From assembly GCA_965202645.1 (NCBI GenBank), contig OZ241840.1, positions 411,556 through 475,555 of the forward strand: 64,000 nucleotides of DNA. Reading direction: 5' to 3'. Below are positions 21,068 through 31,049 of this stretch, piece by piece. Both the position numbers and the translations under genes were made by a program. Every line of letters begins with the position of its first letter. The first letter of the stretch is position 1. The stretch comes from Bdellovibrionales bacterium. Lineage in GTDB: Bacteria; Bdellovibrionota; Bdellovibrionia; Bdellovibrionales; UBA1609. The notes beneath the pieces were generated by a model. It was given only the letters and a program-made list of their open reading frames with translations, was not told where the DNA came from and ran no database searches.

Positions 21068-22795
21068 ATGAGCGCTTTTTTTAAAAAAGCTTTTTTTATT
21101 TTATGTGTCTGTTTGGGGCCGGAGGCTTTTGGCCTTAGTCCTTGCTATGAGGCTGTTCAAAATGGCGCTTTTCAAAAGATTGATAGAGCTGAGATCAGGA
21201 AAATTTTTTCTCACCCGGAGAGTTATGTCAAATATAAGGGTCAAGAGGGCTATTTGCTTTTTGTTAAAAAGACCCCTAATTCCAATAGCATGGGCTATAT
21301 TTTTAGGTTGGTTTCTGAAGCGCTGGGAGAGGATTTTAAAAAGCTGGGCTGGCAGTTGTATTATAATTCAGCCGAGGAGTTTGAAAGGGAGAAAGACCGG
21401 ATTTTAAATAAAAATGGCCGGCCGATAGCAGAGTATGTGGGGCAAAGCGGGCAGGCTTTGTATGCGGAAAAGCATTATGACGGCGATATGAAAAGGACTT
21501 TTCAAAATATATCAGCGGTTTTAACTAAGACGGATTTTAAAAAGCTGGGCTGGCAAATGTATCAGGGCTTAGTGGATGGGTTTAATAGTGAGAGAGGCCG
21601 GATTTTAGATAAGAATGGCCAGCCGATAGCAAAGTATGCGGGGCAAAGCGGGCTGGCTCAGTTTGCGATAGACCATTATGCCCGCAATATGTTTAGGGCT
21701 TTTATAAACATATCAGCAAGTTTGGATCCTGCGGAGCTTAAACTGCTAGGCTGGAAGGTGTATGTTGGCTCGGTGGATGAGTTTAATAGTGAGAGAGGCC
21801 GGATTTTAAATAAAAATGGCCGGCCGATAGCAGAGTATGTGGGGCAAAGCGGGCAGGCTCAGTTTGCGGAAAAGCATTATGACGGCAATATGTTTAAGGC
21901 TTTTATAAACATATCAGCGAGTTTGGAAACGGAGGAGTTTAAACTGCTAGGCTGGAAACAGTATCAGGGCTTAGCGGATGAGTTTAATAGGGAGAGAGGC
22001 CGGATTTTAGATAAAAATGGCGAGCTGGTAGCAGAGTATGTGGGGCAAAGCGGGCTGGCTAAGTTTGCGGACGCTCATTATGACGGCGATATGTTTAAGG
22101 CTTTTGTAAACATATCAGCGAGTTTGGATCCTGCGGAATTTAAACTGCTGGGCTGGAAGGTGTATCACGGCTCGGTGGATGAGTTTAATAGGGAGATAGG
22201 CCGGATTTTAGATAAAAATGGCGAGCTGATAGAGGAGTATAAAGGCCAAAGCGGGCAGGCTCAGTTTGCGGAAAAGCATTATGACGGCAATATGCATAGG
22301 GCTTTTCAAAATATATCAGCGAGTTTAGATAAGGAGGAGTTTAAAAAGCTGGGCTGGCGGAATTATCAAGGCTCAGTGGATGAGTTTAATAGTGAGAGAG
22401 GCCGGATTTTAGATGAGAATGGCCAGCCGATAGCAAAGTATAAGGGCCCGAGCGGACAGGCTTTATTTGCGGAGGATTATTATGACGGCAATATGTTTAA
22501 AACTGCTGTAAATGTATCAGCGGTTTTAGGCGGCGCTCAAATTATGAAAAACTTAGGCTTAGATTGGAAACATTTTAATGGAAGCGCTTTTGAATATGAT
22601 CGCCTTGTTCAGCTGTTTGAGGAGAATGACTGGATGGAGCTGAAAGGAGAGGAGGGGCTGGAAAGAGTGGCTAGTGAGATTTTTAATGGCCATCGAGGGC
22701 GGGCTTATAGAAATGTCTCCGCTCTCAGAGAAAGCCTGCTAGGGAGCTGGGAGGCTTTTAAAGATTTGAGCTGGCCCGTAAGCGCCAGACAATAA
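21068..22795 (+). CDS. Secreted protein with about six tandem 67-aa repeats (family not recognised)
   Basis: AGGAGG Shine-Dalgarno before ATG 21068, signal peptide, 201-bp periodicity with unit GWxxYxGxxxEFxxERGRILxxNG...YxGQSG...HYDGNMxxAFxNISA. Paralog of 56830-58200. Confidence 0.85.
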   Translation: MSAFFKKAFFILCVCLGPEAFGLSPCYEAVQNGAFQKIDRAEIRKIFSHPESYVKYKGQEGYLLFVKKTPNSNSMGYIFRLVSEALGEDFKKLGWQLYYNSAEEFEREKDRILNKNGRPIAEYVGQSGQALYAEKHYDGDMKRTFQNISAVLTKTDFKKLGWQMYQGLVDGFNSERGRILDKNGQPIAKYAGQSGLAQFAIDHYARNMFRAFINISASLDPAELKLLGWKVYVGSVDEFNSERGRILNKNGRPIAEYVGQSGQAQFAEKHYDGNMFKAFINISASLETEEFKLLGWKQYQGLADEFNRERGRILDKNGELVAEYVGQSGLAKFADAHYDGDMFKAFVNISASLDPAEFKLLGWKVYHGSVDEFNREIGRILDKNGELIEEYKGQSGQAQFAEKHYDGNMHRAFQNISASLDKEEFKKLGWRNYQGSVDEFNSERGRILDENGQPIAKYKGPSGQALFAEDYYDGNMFKTAVNVSAVLGGAQIMKNLGLDWKHFNGSAFEYDRLVQLFEENDWMELKGEEGLERVASEIFNGHRGRAYRNVSALRESLLGSWEAFKDLSWPVSARQ

Positions 22796-22927
22796 AAAGG
22801 AACGCTTTAACTATATTGATGGCTTTTATAATACACGGCGGAGGCGCTCTAGCCTTGACAATCAGAGCTTATTGATTTATGAACAGGGTTATTCCAAGTG
22901 AACTGTCCATTTTTCGGGGACGATCCA
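22794..22927 (+). mobile_element. IS3-family right-end remnant (inverted relative to the 20898 copy)
   Basis: Ends ...CTGTCCATTTTTCGGGGACGATCCA. Confidence 0.8.
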
Positions 22928-23134
22928 GCTTAAGCGGGCTTTTAATGAATAGGAAAAATTAAGGCTGAGGATTTGGCCTAATTCAACAGCGCCGACAGGG
23001 GCTGTTTTCAATAGTGTGTCAGTTTTGTCTCATTTCTTTTTCACTTGTTATTTTAGAAGATGAAAATTTTTCATAGAAAGAGCGCAAAGCCAATAATATA
23101 TGGACAAATTTTTAAAATGTGATAATTAAACTTC

Positions 23135-25045
23135 ATGTTTTTCAAATTTATATTTTATCTTTTTTTCTCTTTTAAACCGCTCGCTCAAGACTCCCATCGC
23201 TTGGAGAAAATAAGCGATAACAGCGCCTTAGCGCTTCCGGGCTTTCCTCATTTAGGGGGGATGGGCTTGTCCGGCTCTGTGGAGCCTCAAAATGCCCATG
23301 CCTCAGAGCTTGCCCCCATAAAAGAGTCTGGCGCAATGCCTCAGGGCCTTTATCATCTGGATCGGGAGGAGGAGATCGCTTTCAAAATTTTTGAAAAGGC
23401 CATCCTGCTGTCTCCTGAATTTTTAGAGGAGTTTAAGCCGCAAACAGCCACTCCCTTTTATATAGTCAATGGCCATAAAGTTTATTTGAATGAGGGATTT
23501 TGGAGTTTAACAAGAGCCTGGCTAAAAAGCTATATAAAAGAGGCGGAAAAGGACTGCTCCTGCGATTTAGATCCTGATTTGATGATTCGGGAGGCTAAAA
23601 ACTACTTGCCGCGGAGTCCTCTCAAACAAAAGCTTGTAAATAGGGGGAGGGAGTTAGGCTACACGGCGTCTCATTTGTCCGCGAGATACGGCTATATAGC
23701 CGCTGCGCTTAAGTTGAGCGCGGAGACTGCGGAAATGCTGATTTTTCTAATGACAGCCGGCGTGGGAGCGCATGTTTTATGCAACGCCATTGATGTCATG
23801 ATTTTTCCTTTAGCCAGAAAAATACAAAAATATGTCAGGGTTTTTTCTTATGGAGGGAGACTGGGCGCCGGCCGAGCGCGGTCTTCAGCCAAGATATTTT
23901 GGCTTTCCCGCAAAATAAACAAAAGCAAAAAAAGAGCGTTTTTTTATATTGAGCAGGCTCTTATTTTTAGAGAGAGGGAGCTGGAAAAGCTCAATCAGGA
24001 GGGCCCTAAAAGCTTATTTCACAAAAGAGGGCATCGCCTATTATGGGCTGAGCGTTTAAAAAGAAAGACAGATCCATTGTTTGAGCAAATTGGGCAATGG
24101 GAATCGCAACTGAGGGATGGCTATCTCACTTTAAGAAAGCGAAACAGAATGGTCAAAAAAATCCAAGCCGCGAGGCGGAAAATAGATTCTTTGTCCCAGG
24201 TGAGCCGAAAAGATTTTTTTGGCCAAAGGTTTAAGCGCTTTTTGCTTTTAAAGTCCCGGAAAGGGAAAATAGCCTATATGTCGGGGAGGCGCTGGCCGGA
24301 CAAAGCTGTCAAAAAAAATATTTTATGGCCGCTGTCTTTGGGGGAAAATGTTATGAATCCAGCTGTGGAGTCCAATGGGGGGCGGCCCAATCAAGCTGTC
24401 CCGCCGGATGAGATTCGGGAAGGCTTGGTTGAGGAGTTTTTATCCGCCCGGCCAGCTGAGGAAGGGCCTTTAGCCGGCGAAGAGGGCTTGTTGGCGGAGC
24501 AAAAACAAGCTGTCCATAGCCTGTTGCTGGATGTCGATCAAATTTTTAATGTTCAGATTCCCTCATCTATCCGTTTGATGAAAGTTCAGGCTGTTGAGGC
24601 TGTTTTAGTCAATTTATTTGCGCTTAATATTAAAACTTTGTCCTCTTCCGCTATGGCAAAAAAATTGTCAGAGAGGCATAACTGGCCTTTTTCTGATCAG
24701 ATGAAGGCGCAATGGGCTTTTGGCCGATTTTTTAATTTGATTTATGACTTCTCTGATTTTTTATCGGTTGTCTCCGCCACAAAAAATAAAACAAAAATTC
24801 AATTTTATAAATATGAATCTATGGAGAAGCTTCTCGCTTTTTTAAATTATTTGCGCACAGCTCAGCTTCTTTTAAAAAATGGGGGAGAGCTTGAGGGCAA
24901 ATCCTCCGCCTTTGAGGCGCTGGCCGATCGGGAGCGTGAAATACGGGCTATTTCTTTGCTCAAAGAGAAAGCGACAGCGTTTCGCCTCCCTTTATTAAAA
25001 AAAAGAGCCGCTCGATGTGAAAAGCTTGTGGAGAAATATCAATGA
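23135..25045 (+). CDS. Hypothetical protein
   Basis: 636-aa ORF, signal-like N-terminus, 4-bp overlap with the next gene. Confidence 0.75.
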   Translation: MFFKFIFYLFFSFKPLAQDSHRLEKISDNSALALPGFPHLGGMGLSGSVEPQNAHASELAPIKESGAMPQGLYHLDREEEIAFKIFEKAILLSPEFLEEFKPQTATPFYIVNGHKVYLNEGFWSLTRAWLKSYIKEAEKDCSCDLDPDLMIREAKNYLPRSPLKQKLVNRGRELGYTASHLSARYGYIAAALKLSAETAEMLIFLMTAGVGAHVLCNAIDVMIFPLARKIQKYVRVFSYGGRLGAGRARSSAKIFWLSRKINKSKKRAFFYIEQALIFRERELEKLNQEGPKSLFHKRGHRLLWAERLKRKTDPLFEQIGQWESQLRDGYLTLRKRNRMVKKIQAARRKIDSLSQVSRKDFFGQRFKRFLLLKSRKGKIAYMSGRRWPDKAVKKNILWPLSLGENVMNPAVESNGGRPNQAVPPDEIREGLVEEFLSARPAEEGPLAGEEGLLAEQKQAVHSLLLDVDQIFNVQIPSSIRLMKVQAVEAVLVNLFALNIKTLSSSAMAKKLSERHNWPFSDQMKAQWAFGRFFNLIYDFSDFLSVVSATKNKTKIQFYKYESMEKLLAFLNYLRTAQLLLKNGGELEGKSSAFEALADREREIRAISLLKEKATAFRLPLLKKRAARCEKLVEKYQ

Positions 25046-25662
25046 TAAAACACTTGGCTTTATCGTTTGCGGCGGGATTTATGTTTTATGCTCAGGGAGA
25101 GCCGGCTTTTTTTAGCCGGTGCCACGATTTGTTTCGCTCCGGCCCGGCCAAGCCCCGCTTATCTGAAAACACAGTATGGTCCAGCCCTTTCGCCAAAGAG
25201 CTTTTTTCTTTTGTTTATCAACAGCTCCCCCTTTTGAAGGAGGGCCTGCTGTCCTCCTCTGAGATAAAAAAATATACAGCTCATTTAGAGAAACTGCTGG
25301 GCCAGCTGGAGCGCCCGTCTGATTTAGAGCTTAAGGGCAGAATGGATTTAATAGGCCCTCATTTGTCTTCAGCTGTTCGGGCTTTTCCCGACATTGTGTC
25401 TTTTATAAATAGCGGCCAAGCCTCTAAATATGAATCTTTGGATGCCGGCCTGACGCTTCGGCTGGCGCTTTCCGCTTTAAGCCGGCATGTTATAGCTTAT
25501 CTTACACATCCTATAGGCGAGAGGCTGGATTGGGAGAGAATGAGCAAAATTTTAAAAAGCATTTCTGACTTTAAGGATCAAAAAAGCGCTTTTTCTCTTT
25601 ATAAAATTAAAAGAGCGGTCGGGGAAAAACACTCTTTATATGAATATATTAATTGTAAATAA
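25042..25662 (+). CDS. Hypothetical secreted protein
   Basis: Signal peptide followed by SRCHDLF. Confidence 0.7.
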   Translation: MIKHLALSFAAGFMFYAQGEPAFFSRCHDLFRSGPAKPRLSENTVWSSPFAKELFSFVYQQLPLLKEGLLSSSEIKKYTAHLEKLLGQLERPSDLELKGRMDLIGPHLSSAVRAFPDIVSFINSGQASKYESLDAGLTLRLALSALSRHVIAYLTHPIGERLDWERMSKILKSISDFKDQKSAFSLYKIKRAVGEKHSLYEYINCK

Positions 25663-25790
25663 ATGGGCTGTCTATTCCGAAAAGATAATAGGGATCAAAC
25701 TAAAAGGATAATAAGGATCGATCCGAAAGGATAACAAGGATTAAACCGAAAAAATAAAAACATAAAATTGCAAATTAGCATAAAAAGATA

Positions 25791-27026
25791 ATGGAGGTTA
25801 AAAATATGAAAAAATTTATAATAGTCTTTTTCTTTTGTTTTCTTTTATCCTGCCAAAACGCGGAGGATGGCCTCAGCTATTTGGCCAGCCGAAGCGATTC
25901 CTTTTCAGCTGCGAAGAGACAGGCTCTGTTTCCCAATGATCTCTTTATAGCTCTTGTGGACAGGCGAAGCGAGCAGGAATTGAAAAAAATTGTGGATCAA
26001 AACGGGCGCTGGCTTTTGACCCTCAATGACAACAAGGACACAGCTTTGGCTGTGGCTATAAAATTTTACAATTTAAAAGGGGCTTTATTTGTGGCCGAGC
26101 AGTTGAGTCCAGAGCATTACTTGCATCAAAACCTTCAGGGGGAGAGCTATCTGTATTTGTCCGCTCAAAAAGGATATGTGGATCTGATCAAGCTTTTAGC
26201 GGCTCGATTTTATGACAGCCGGCGGGATATTTTATCAGACTATGAGTTTTCTGATTTAGACAGCCTCACCCATGAGGGAGAGCGGGCGCTCCATACAGCT
26301 AAAAATTATGCTGTGGCGGAGGCGCTAAAACATGAATACTGGAGGGGAAGCCTGGAGTTTCCCTGGAGAAAATTTCAGTATCATAAAAATCACAAAGGCC
26401 AAAGCTTTTTGCACACAGCGGTCCGGGATCGAAACAGCGATTTGCTTCGCTGGGGGGTGGAGCAGTCCTGCCTTTCAAAAGAGCAATGGGAGGATCAGGC
26501 TTTTTATTACAAGTATCCCTTTTTGCTTTGGCGGGCCATTCAAATTTATGGAAAACCGGCGGGGATGGATTGGGATGATATTATTAATACACAGGACAAT
26601 GAGGGGCAAACAGCTGTAAATTTTAGCGCGGGAAATATGTTTGCCGATGGGATTCGCATTTTATCCTCCTGCCAATGGACGGACTGGCTTTTGCCGGATA
26701 ATCAAGGGAATATCCCCCTCCAAAGCTTTTTATTGGCCTTGGATCCCCTAAAGCTCAGCCACAGCCGGAAGATTTACAGCCTGTTTACTCTCCTGATGGA
26801 CAAACAGACCCGGCTGAGATGGTCTTCGGTTTCCGATCACATTAACTCTGTCAATAAAGAGGGGGAAAGCGGTTTGCATATTGCCGCCCGCTTGGCTGAT
26901 CCCTTTTTTTATGAGCAGTTGAGGAGATATGGCGATGGAGAGCAAAAAAATTCCCAAGGGCAGACTCCGGAGGAGATTTTTAAGCTTAAAAGGCAAGAGC
27001 TAGAGCGGAAGGGAGCCGGGAATTGA
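25791..27026 (+). CDS. Ankyrin-repeat lipoprotein
   Basis: Lipobox LLSC. Ankyrin-like G-x-(T/S)-x-LH motifs: GERALH, GQSFLH, GESGLHIAA. Confidence 0.8.
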   Translation: MEVKNMKKFIIVFFFCFLLSCQNAEDGLSYLASRSDSFSAAKRQALFPNDLFIALVDRRSEQELKKIVDQNGRWLLTLNDNKDTALAVAIKFYNLKGALFVAEQLSPEHYLHQNLQGESYLYLSAQKGYVDLIKLLAARFYDSRRDILSDYEFSDLDSLTHEGERALHTAKNYAVAEALKHEYWRGSLEFPWRKFQYHKNHKGQSFLHTAVRDRNSDLLRWGVEQSCLSKEQWEDQAFYYKYPFLLWRAIQIYGKPAGMDWDDIINTQDNEGQTAVNFSAGNMFADGIRILSSCQWTDWLLPDNQGNIPLQSFLLALDPLKLSHSRKIYSLFTLLMDKQTRLRWSSVSDHINSVNKEGESGLHIAARLADPFFYEQLRRYGDGEQKNSQGQTPEEIFKLKRQELERKGAGN

Positions 27027-27634
27027 AATTTTTTTATCTTCTGTTATGTGTTTTTCTTTGTTGCTGTGATAAGGCTTTTGTCACGGAAACCAAGCAGGCT
27101 CTTCCGCGGGGCCAGATTCAAAAAGACAGCTCTGTCGCTTATCTTGTCTCTCAAAAGGCTTTAGCTGGAGTTTTGTCAAAAGAGCATTACCTCATTCAAG
27201 CTTATTTTTTGGAAGATCGCTCCTGGCTGGAGCTATTTAGCCACTTTAGGGGCTTTAGCCTGGAGGATGGGGTGAATATCCGATTTGAGAGAAGGGGGGA
27301 GGGGCTGTTGATCCGCTTATCCGCTCCTGGCTTTCCGTCTAAAATTTTATTCGAGAGAGAGGATTATTTTTTAAACAGCCGAGAGGCGAATTTCACAGTG
27401 GAAGTGAATAACGGGACAAACTATGGCTTTCGCGCGCGTGTGTGGGAAAATTTTGTCAATAGGAGAGGAGTTTCAAAGAGCCGGCGGGACATTTTAACCG
27501 GTGAAAATTTGATAGCGGATTCCCTTTCGAGCGATTTGGCTTTTTACGCCAAAGGCCAAGGGCTAAAGTGGGGCCTTAAGATGTCTCGTGTTCATTTAAT
27601 TGAGGGGGCCAGAGTCTCTCCCAAACTTTTATGA
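27023..27634 (+). CDS. Putative lipoprotein
   Basis: Hydrophobic N-terminus ending in Cys. Translationally coupled to both neighbours. Confidence 0.65.
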   Translation: MKFFYLLLCVFLCCCDKAFVTETKQALPRGQIQKDSSVAYLVSQKALAGVLSKEHYLIQAYFLEDRSWLELFSHFRGFSLEDGVNIRFERRGEGLLIRLSAPGFPSKILFEREDYFLNSREANFTVEVNNGTNYGFRARVWENFVNRRGVSKSRRDILTGENLIADSLSSDLAFYAKGQGLKWGLKMSRVHLIEGARVSPKLL

Positions 27635-28830
27635 GGCTATTTGCGGGGGTTTTTATGTTTTTGTCTCAGTTTTTGAGTTTGTTTAGGCTTTTTCGCCGGT
27701 GGGAGGGGCTTGTGATTTGGCTGCTGGCTTTTGCCTTTGCCCCCTCTTTAGCCTCTGTTCCGGAAAAAAATATTGGCTTAAAAGGGGAGGTTGATCCAGC
27801 CCTGATCTTTGGGGAGGGGGCAAAATCCCCTTTATCTGAAAAACCTCCCGCTAAAAATCAAGCGCCGGCCTTTTTTCAGTGGCTTTTAGAAAGCCCCGCT
27901 CCGCTCTCGGAGAGCCTTATTCCGCCTGTCCCATTCCAGCAGTTTTTAGAGTTGGACAGCTCTTTAAGCTTGAGGGGAAATGGCCTTTTAAAATCTCCCT
28001 ATAAATGGTCTGTTGAGATTCCTTATGCGGAGCTGGGCCTAAGCATTCCCTTTTCTAAAAGCCATTTATTTAAAATGGAGTTTGATTTTTCCTATCAGAG
28101 CAAAATTTGGAATTACTCTGTTGATCATTTCTCTATTCGCCATAATTTTTTGTGGGACACATTTTTTAGCTTGGAGGCGGGGTATTTTTCCCACCCTGTG
28201 TCTTGGACAAGCGAAAACTTAACCGTTTTCTCTAAAAAAACCGTGGCGCAAAAAAGCCTCTTTCCTTATGGGCGGAGAGCTATGGGAGTTGTGCTGGACT
28301 GGCGTTTGTCTCAGCCTTTGTATGGGCAAATCAGCCTTCAGGCCAATTTGAACAGGAGGGAGATTGACTTCACACAAAAGCTGGAGCGGCGGCCGGCTCT
28401 AACCGCCAGCTTGATTTATAAGCCGCCCGGCCAGAGGCTGTTTGTGTCTTATTTTCAAAAAGACTTTTTTTTGGAGGGGCGGATGCGCTCCTGGGGAGGC
28501 GGCTCTGATTTGTCTTTTGAAATCGAGCCTCTGTTTTTGGCTTTTCGCGGTGAGTTTTGGAGGATTCAAAGAGCGGAGCCTCATCAAAAGCTTTTGACCG
28601 GCTATCTTTTTCCCTTTTTCCGCTGGGGCAAAATATCTTTTGGGGCGCTGTTTGGCTGGGCTTATCATTATTTGAAAGAGGATCAAAGCTATACTTTGGA
28701 GTATATTTTAAAAGGGGATTTTTATTTGACGGAAAGCCTGTTTCTTTCAATAGAGCGGATCAAAGAGCTGGACTCCATCATCAAAGAGGACGCTTGGTCT
28801 TTTTCCCTCAAAACAAAATTCAAGGTATAA
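27631..28830 (+). CDS. Putative outer-membrane beta-barrel/porin
   Basis: Alternating aromatic/hydrophobic strands and C-terminal WSFSLKTKFKV. Confidence 0.6.
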   Translation: MRLFAGVFMFLSQFLSLFRLFRRWEGLVIWLLAFAFAPSLASVPEKNIGLKGEVDPALIFGEGAKSPLSEKPPAKNQAPAFFQWLLESPAPLSESLIPPVPFQQFLELDSSLSLRGNGLLKSPYKWSVEIPYAELGLSIPFSKSHLFKMEFDFSYQSKIWNYSVDHFSIRHNFLWDTFFSLEAGYFSHPVSWTSENLTVFSKKTVAQKSLFPYGRRAMGVVLDWRLSQPLYGQISLQANLNRREIDFTQKLERRPALTASLIYKPPGQRLFVSYFQKDFFLEGRMRSWGGGSDLSFEIEPLFLAFRGEFWRIQRAEPHQKLLTGYLFPFFRWGKISFGALFGWAYHYLKEDQSYTLEYILKGDFYLTESLFLSIERIKELDSIIKEDAWSFSLKTKFKV

Positions 28831-28865
28831 AAATTATGCGGCCCAGCCCGCTTTTATAGATTTGT

Positions 28866-29279
28866 TTGCCGGAATTGGCAGAATGCGGCTGGCTTTTCCG
28901 GCCTGTGGCTTTTATGAGGATAAAAGATCATTATTTGGTCAGTTTTGATCTTCCGGGATTAAAAAAAGAGGATATTAAAATCAACTATGAAAACAGACTC
29001 TTGACAGTTTCCGGAACAAGAAAAGAGGAGCGCGAGGGAGAGGACAGGCAGAGCCATTTCCAGTTTTCGGAAAAATTTTATGGCTCTTTTAACCGCTCTT
29101 TCACTTTGCCTTTGCCTGTGAATCAGGACAAAATTTCCGCCCGCTTTGCGGATGGAGTTTTAGAGTTTTTCCTTCCCAAAGCAAAAGAGGGCCGAGGAGC
29201 GGAAATTCCTATTCAGGCCGGAAAAAGAAAGCCTGAGTTTTTTTCAAAATCCGCAAAAAGCGAAAAAAAAGCTGTATAG
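28866..29279 (+). CDS. Hsp20/alpha-crystallin small heat-shock protein (start uncertain)
   Basis: DLPGLKKEDIKI...YGSFNRSFTLP...ARFADGVL. Confidence 0.9.
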   Translation: MPELAECGWLFRPVAFMRIKDHYLVSFDLPGLKKEDIKINYENRLLTVSGTRKEEREGEDRQSHFQFSEKFYGSFNRSFTLPLPVNQDKISARFADGVLEFFLPKAKEGRGAEIPIQAGKRKPEFFSKSAKSEKKAV

Positions 29280-29485
29280 CGGGAAACACTAGGGGGGCTT
29301 TTAGCCTCCCTCCCTTTATAAAAGGAAGGGGCGGGCAAGGTTTTTTGAGCAAAGCAGTGTTTTTAGATCAGGCTTGTGCCTCTTGCTTAAATTTTTAGAG
29401 CGCTAGCTCAAAATAGCATCAGATCCGCCTAAAGCAGTGTTTTCAGATCAGACTTATTGCCTCCGCTTAAATTTTTAGAGAGGCT

Positions 29486-29707
29486 TTAGCGGTAGCGATA
29501 AATGATTAAGCCGGTATTTAAGTCTTGCGGAGAAAAGCCCACTGTGACCCGATCCCCTAAAACCACTTGAATATTGTATCGCCTCATTTTTCCGCAGAGC
29601 TTGGCGGACACTTCGGCGTCATTTTTTTCTAATTTCACTTTATAAATTCCGCCGGCTCCGATATTTGTCACTAAGCCGTCAAATTGGGCGAGATCGCTTT
29701 TTGCCAT
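29486..29707 (-). CDS. infA: Translation initiation factor IF-1
   Basis: MAKSD...GKMRRYNIQVVLGDRVTV...GLIIYR. Confidence 0.95.
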   Translation of the reverse strand: MAKSDLAQFDGLVTNIGAGGIYKVKLEKNDAEVSAKLCGKMRRYNIQVVLGDRVTVGFSPQDLNTGLIIYRYR

Positions 29708-29723
29708 AAACCAAAGCCCTCTG

Positions 29724-30806
29724 TTAATCCGGCCAGTTGGAGACGAGAATTTTTACTCCGTCTTTAAACAGAGTTTTTAAACGGCTGTTATATTGAGCCA
29801 TAATAAAGCCTAATCCAAAACTTTTGTGCTCAATGGGAATGGCGGAATCAAAAGCCTTTTTCATGTTGTAGGGGACAGCCTTTTTCCCTTTGTGCTGCTC
29901 GGCCAGGCTTTCCCACTGTTTAAGTATTTCAGGGGAGGGCCCTCCGCTCATTTCAGCTAAGCTTTTTTTTGCTTTGGTTTGGGCTTTTGCTTTGGTTTGG
30001 GCTTTTTTAGCCGGCTCTTTTTGAATGAGAGGCTTTTTTTCATCCGCTTTTTTTATGGGCTTTAAAGCGGAGGATTTATCTGATTTTGGTTTTTTAGCTG
30101 GAGGCGTTTTTCCCGCGGGAGCTGAGGCTTGTATGTTTTTGTCAATCGGCTGGCTTGCAGGTTTGGCGCTTGTTTTTGAAATTTTTGCTTTGGTTTGGGC
30201 TTTTTTAGCCGGCTCTTTTTGAATGAGAGGCTTTTTTTCATCCGCTTTTTTTATGGGCTTTAAAGCGGAGGATTTATCTGATTTTGGTTTTTTAGCTGGA
30301 GGCGTTTTTCCCGCGGGAGCTGAGGCTTGTATGTTTTTGTCAATCGGCTGGCTTGCAGGTTTGGCGCTTGTTTTTGAAATTTTTGCTTTGGATTTTTGAA
30401 TGGAGGCTTGTTTTTTAGCGGTTTTTTTAGAGGCGGGGCTTGTCGCTTGTTTTTTAGCGGTTTTTTTAGAGGCGGGGCTTGTCGCTTGTTTTTTAGCGGT
30501 TTTTTTAGAGGCGGGGCTTGTCGCTTGTTTTTTAGCGGTTTTTTTGGGAGCGGGGCTTTTATCCGCTTGTTTTTTAGCGGTTTTTTTGGGAGCGGGGCTT
30601 GTCGCTTGTTTTTTAGCGGTTTTTTTGGGAGCGGGGCTTTTATCCGCTTGTTTTTTGGCTGTTTTTTTGGGAGCGGGGCTTTTATCCGCTTGTTTTTTGG
30701 CTGTTTTTTTGGGGGCGAGGCTTTTCTTGCCCGCTGTTTTTTTAGAGGCAGACTTTTTAGCTGAGCGTAGTTTTGCTGATTTTTGTTTTTTATTTTGTGT
30801 CGCCAT
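29724..30806 (-). CDS. Histone H1-like lysine/alanine repeat protein with a small C-terminal globular domain
   Basis: Likely ATG at 30806 (MATQNKK). SPAPKKTAKKQA tandem repeats, a duplicated block of about 66 aa, and C-terminal PYNMKKAF...IEHKSFGLG. Confidence 0.8.
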   Translation of the reverse strand: MATQNKKQKSAKLRSAKKSASKKTAGKKSLAPKKTAKKQADKSPAPKKTAKKQADKSPAPKKTAKKQATSPAPKKTAKKQADKSPAPKKTAKKQATSPASKKTAKKQATSPASKKTAKKQATSPASKKTAKKQASIQKSKAKISKTSAKPASQPIDKNIQASAPAGKTPPAKKPKSDKSSALKPIKKADEKKPLIQKEPAKKAQTKAKISKTSAKPASQPIDKNIQASAPAGKTPPAKKPKSDKSSALKPIKKADEKKPLIQKEPAKKAQTKAKAQTKAKKSLAEMSGGPSPEILKQWESLAEQHKGKKAVPYNMKKAFDSAIPIEHKSFGLGFIMAQYNSRLKTLFKDGVKILVSNWPD

Positions 30807-30871
30807 ATTTTTTAATCCAGTCTCTATATCTCTCTTTTTTTTCTTTTGATCAAGAGCTTTTTTATAAAAAA

Positions 30872-31049
30872 TTATAAGTTGGACTGGCTCTCTTGGCCTA
30901 AACCCCATTATGATCTTCAATTTTCCAGAGTCCAAGCTTGTTTTTGAAGGCTCCCGCTCTACGGCTGGAAAAAAGCGAGTGAGGGGCCGGACGCCCATCC
31001 CGATAAAAATAAGCTTGGACTCTGGAATAAAGACAGATTTAGCCTTGTG
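30872..31049. repeat. Dispersed palindromic element (copy 1)
   Basis: Perfect 17-bp inverted repeat TTCCAGAGTCCAAGCTT (30923-30939 / 31011-31027). Homologous in inverted orientation to 58341-58505. Confidence 0.75.

Noticed and set aside
21068-22795. Diversity-generating retroelement acting on the repeat proteins
   Set aside because: No reverse transcriptase in the window, and the variation does not look adenine-specific.
30396-30849. Plus-strand repetitive hydrophobic ORFs
   Set aside because: Antisense shadows of the lysine-rich repeat gene.
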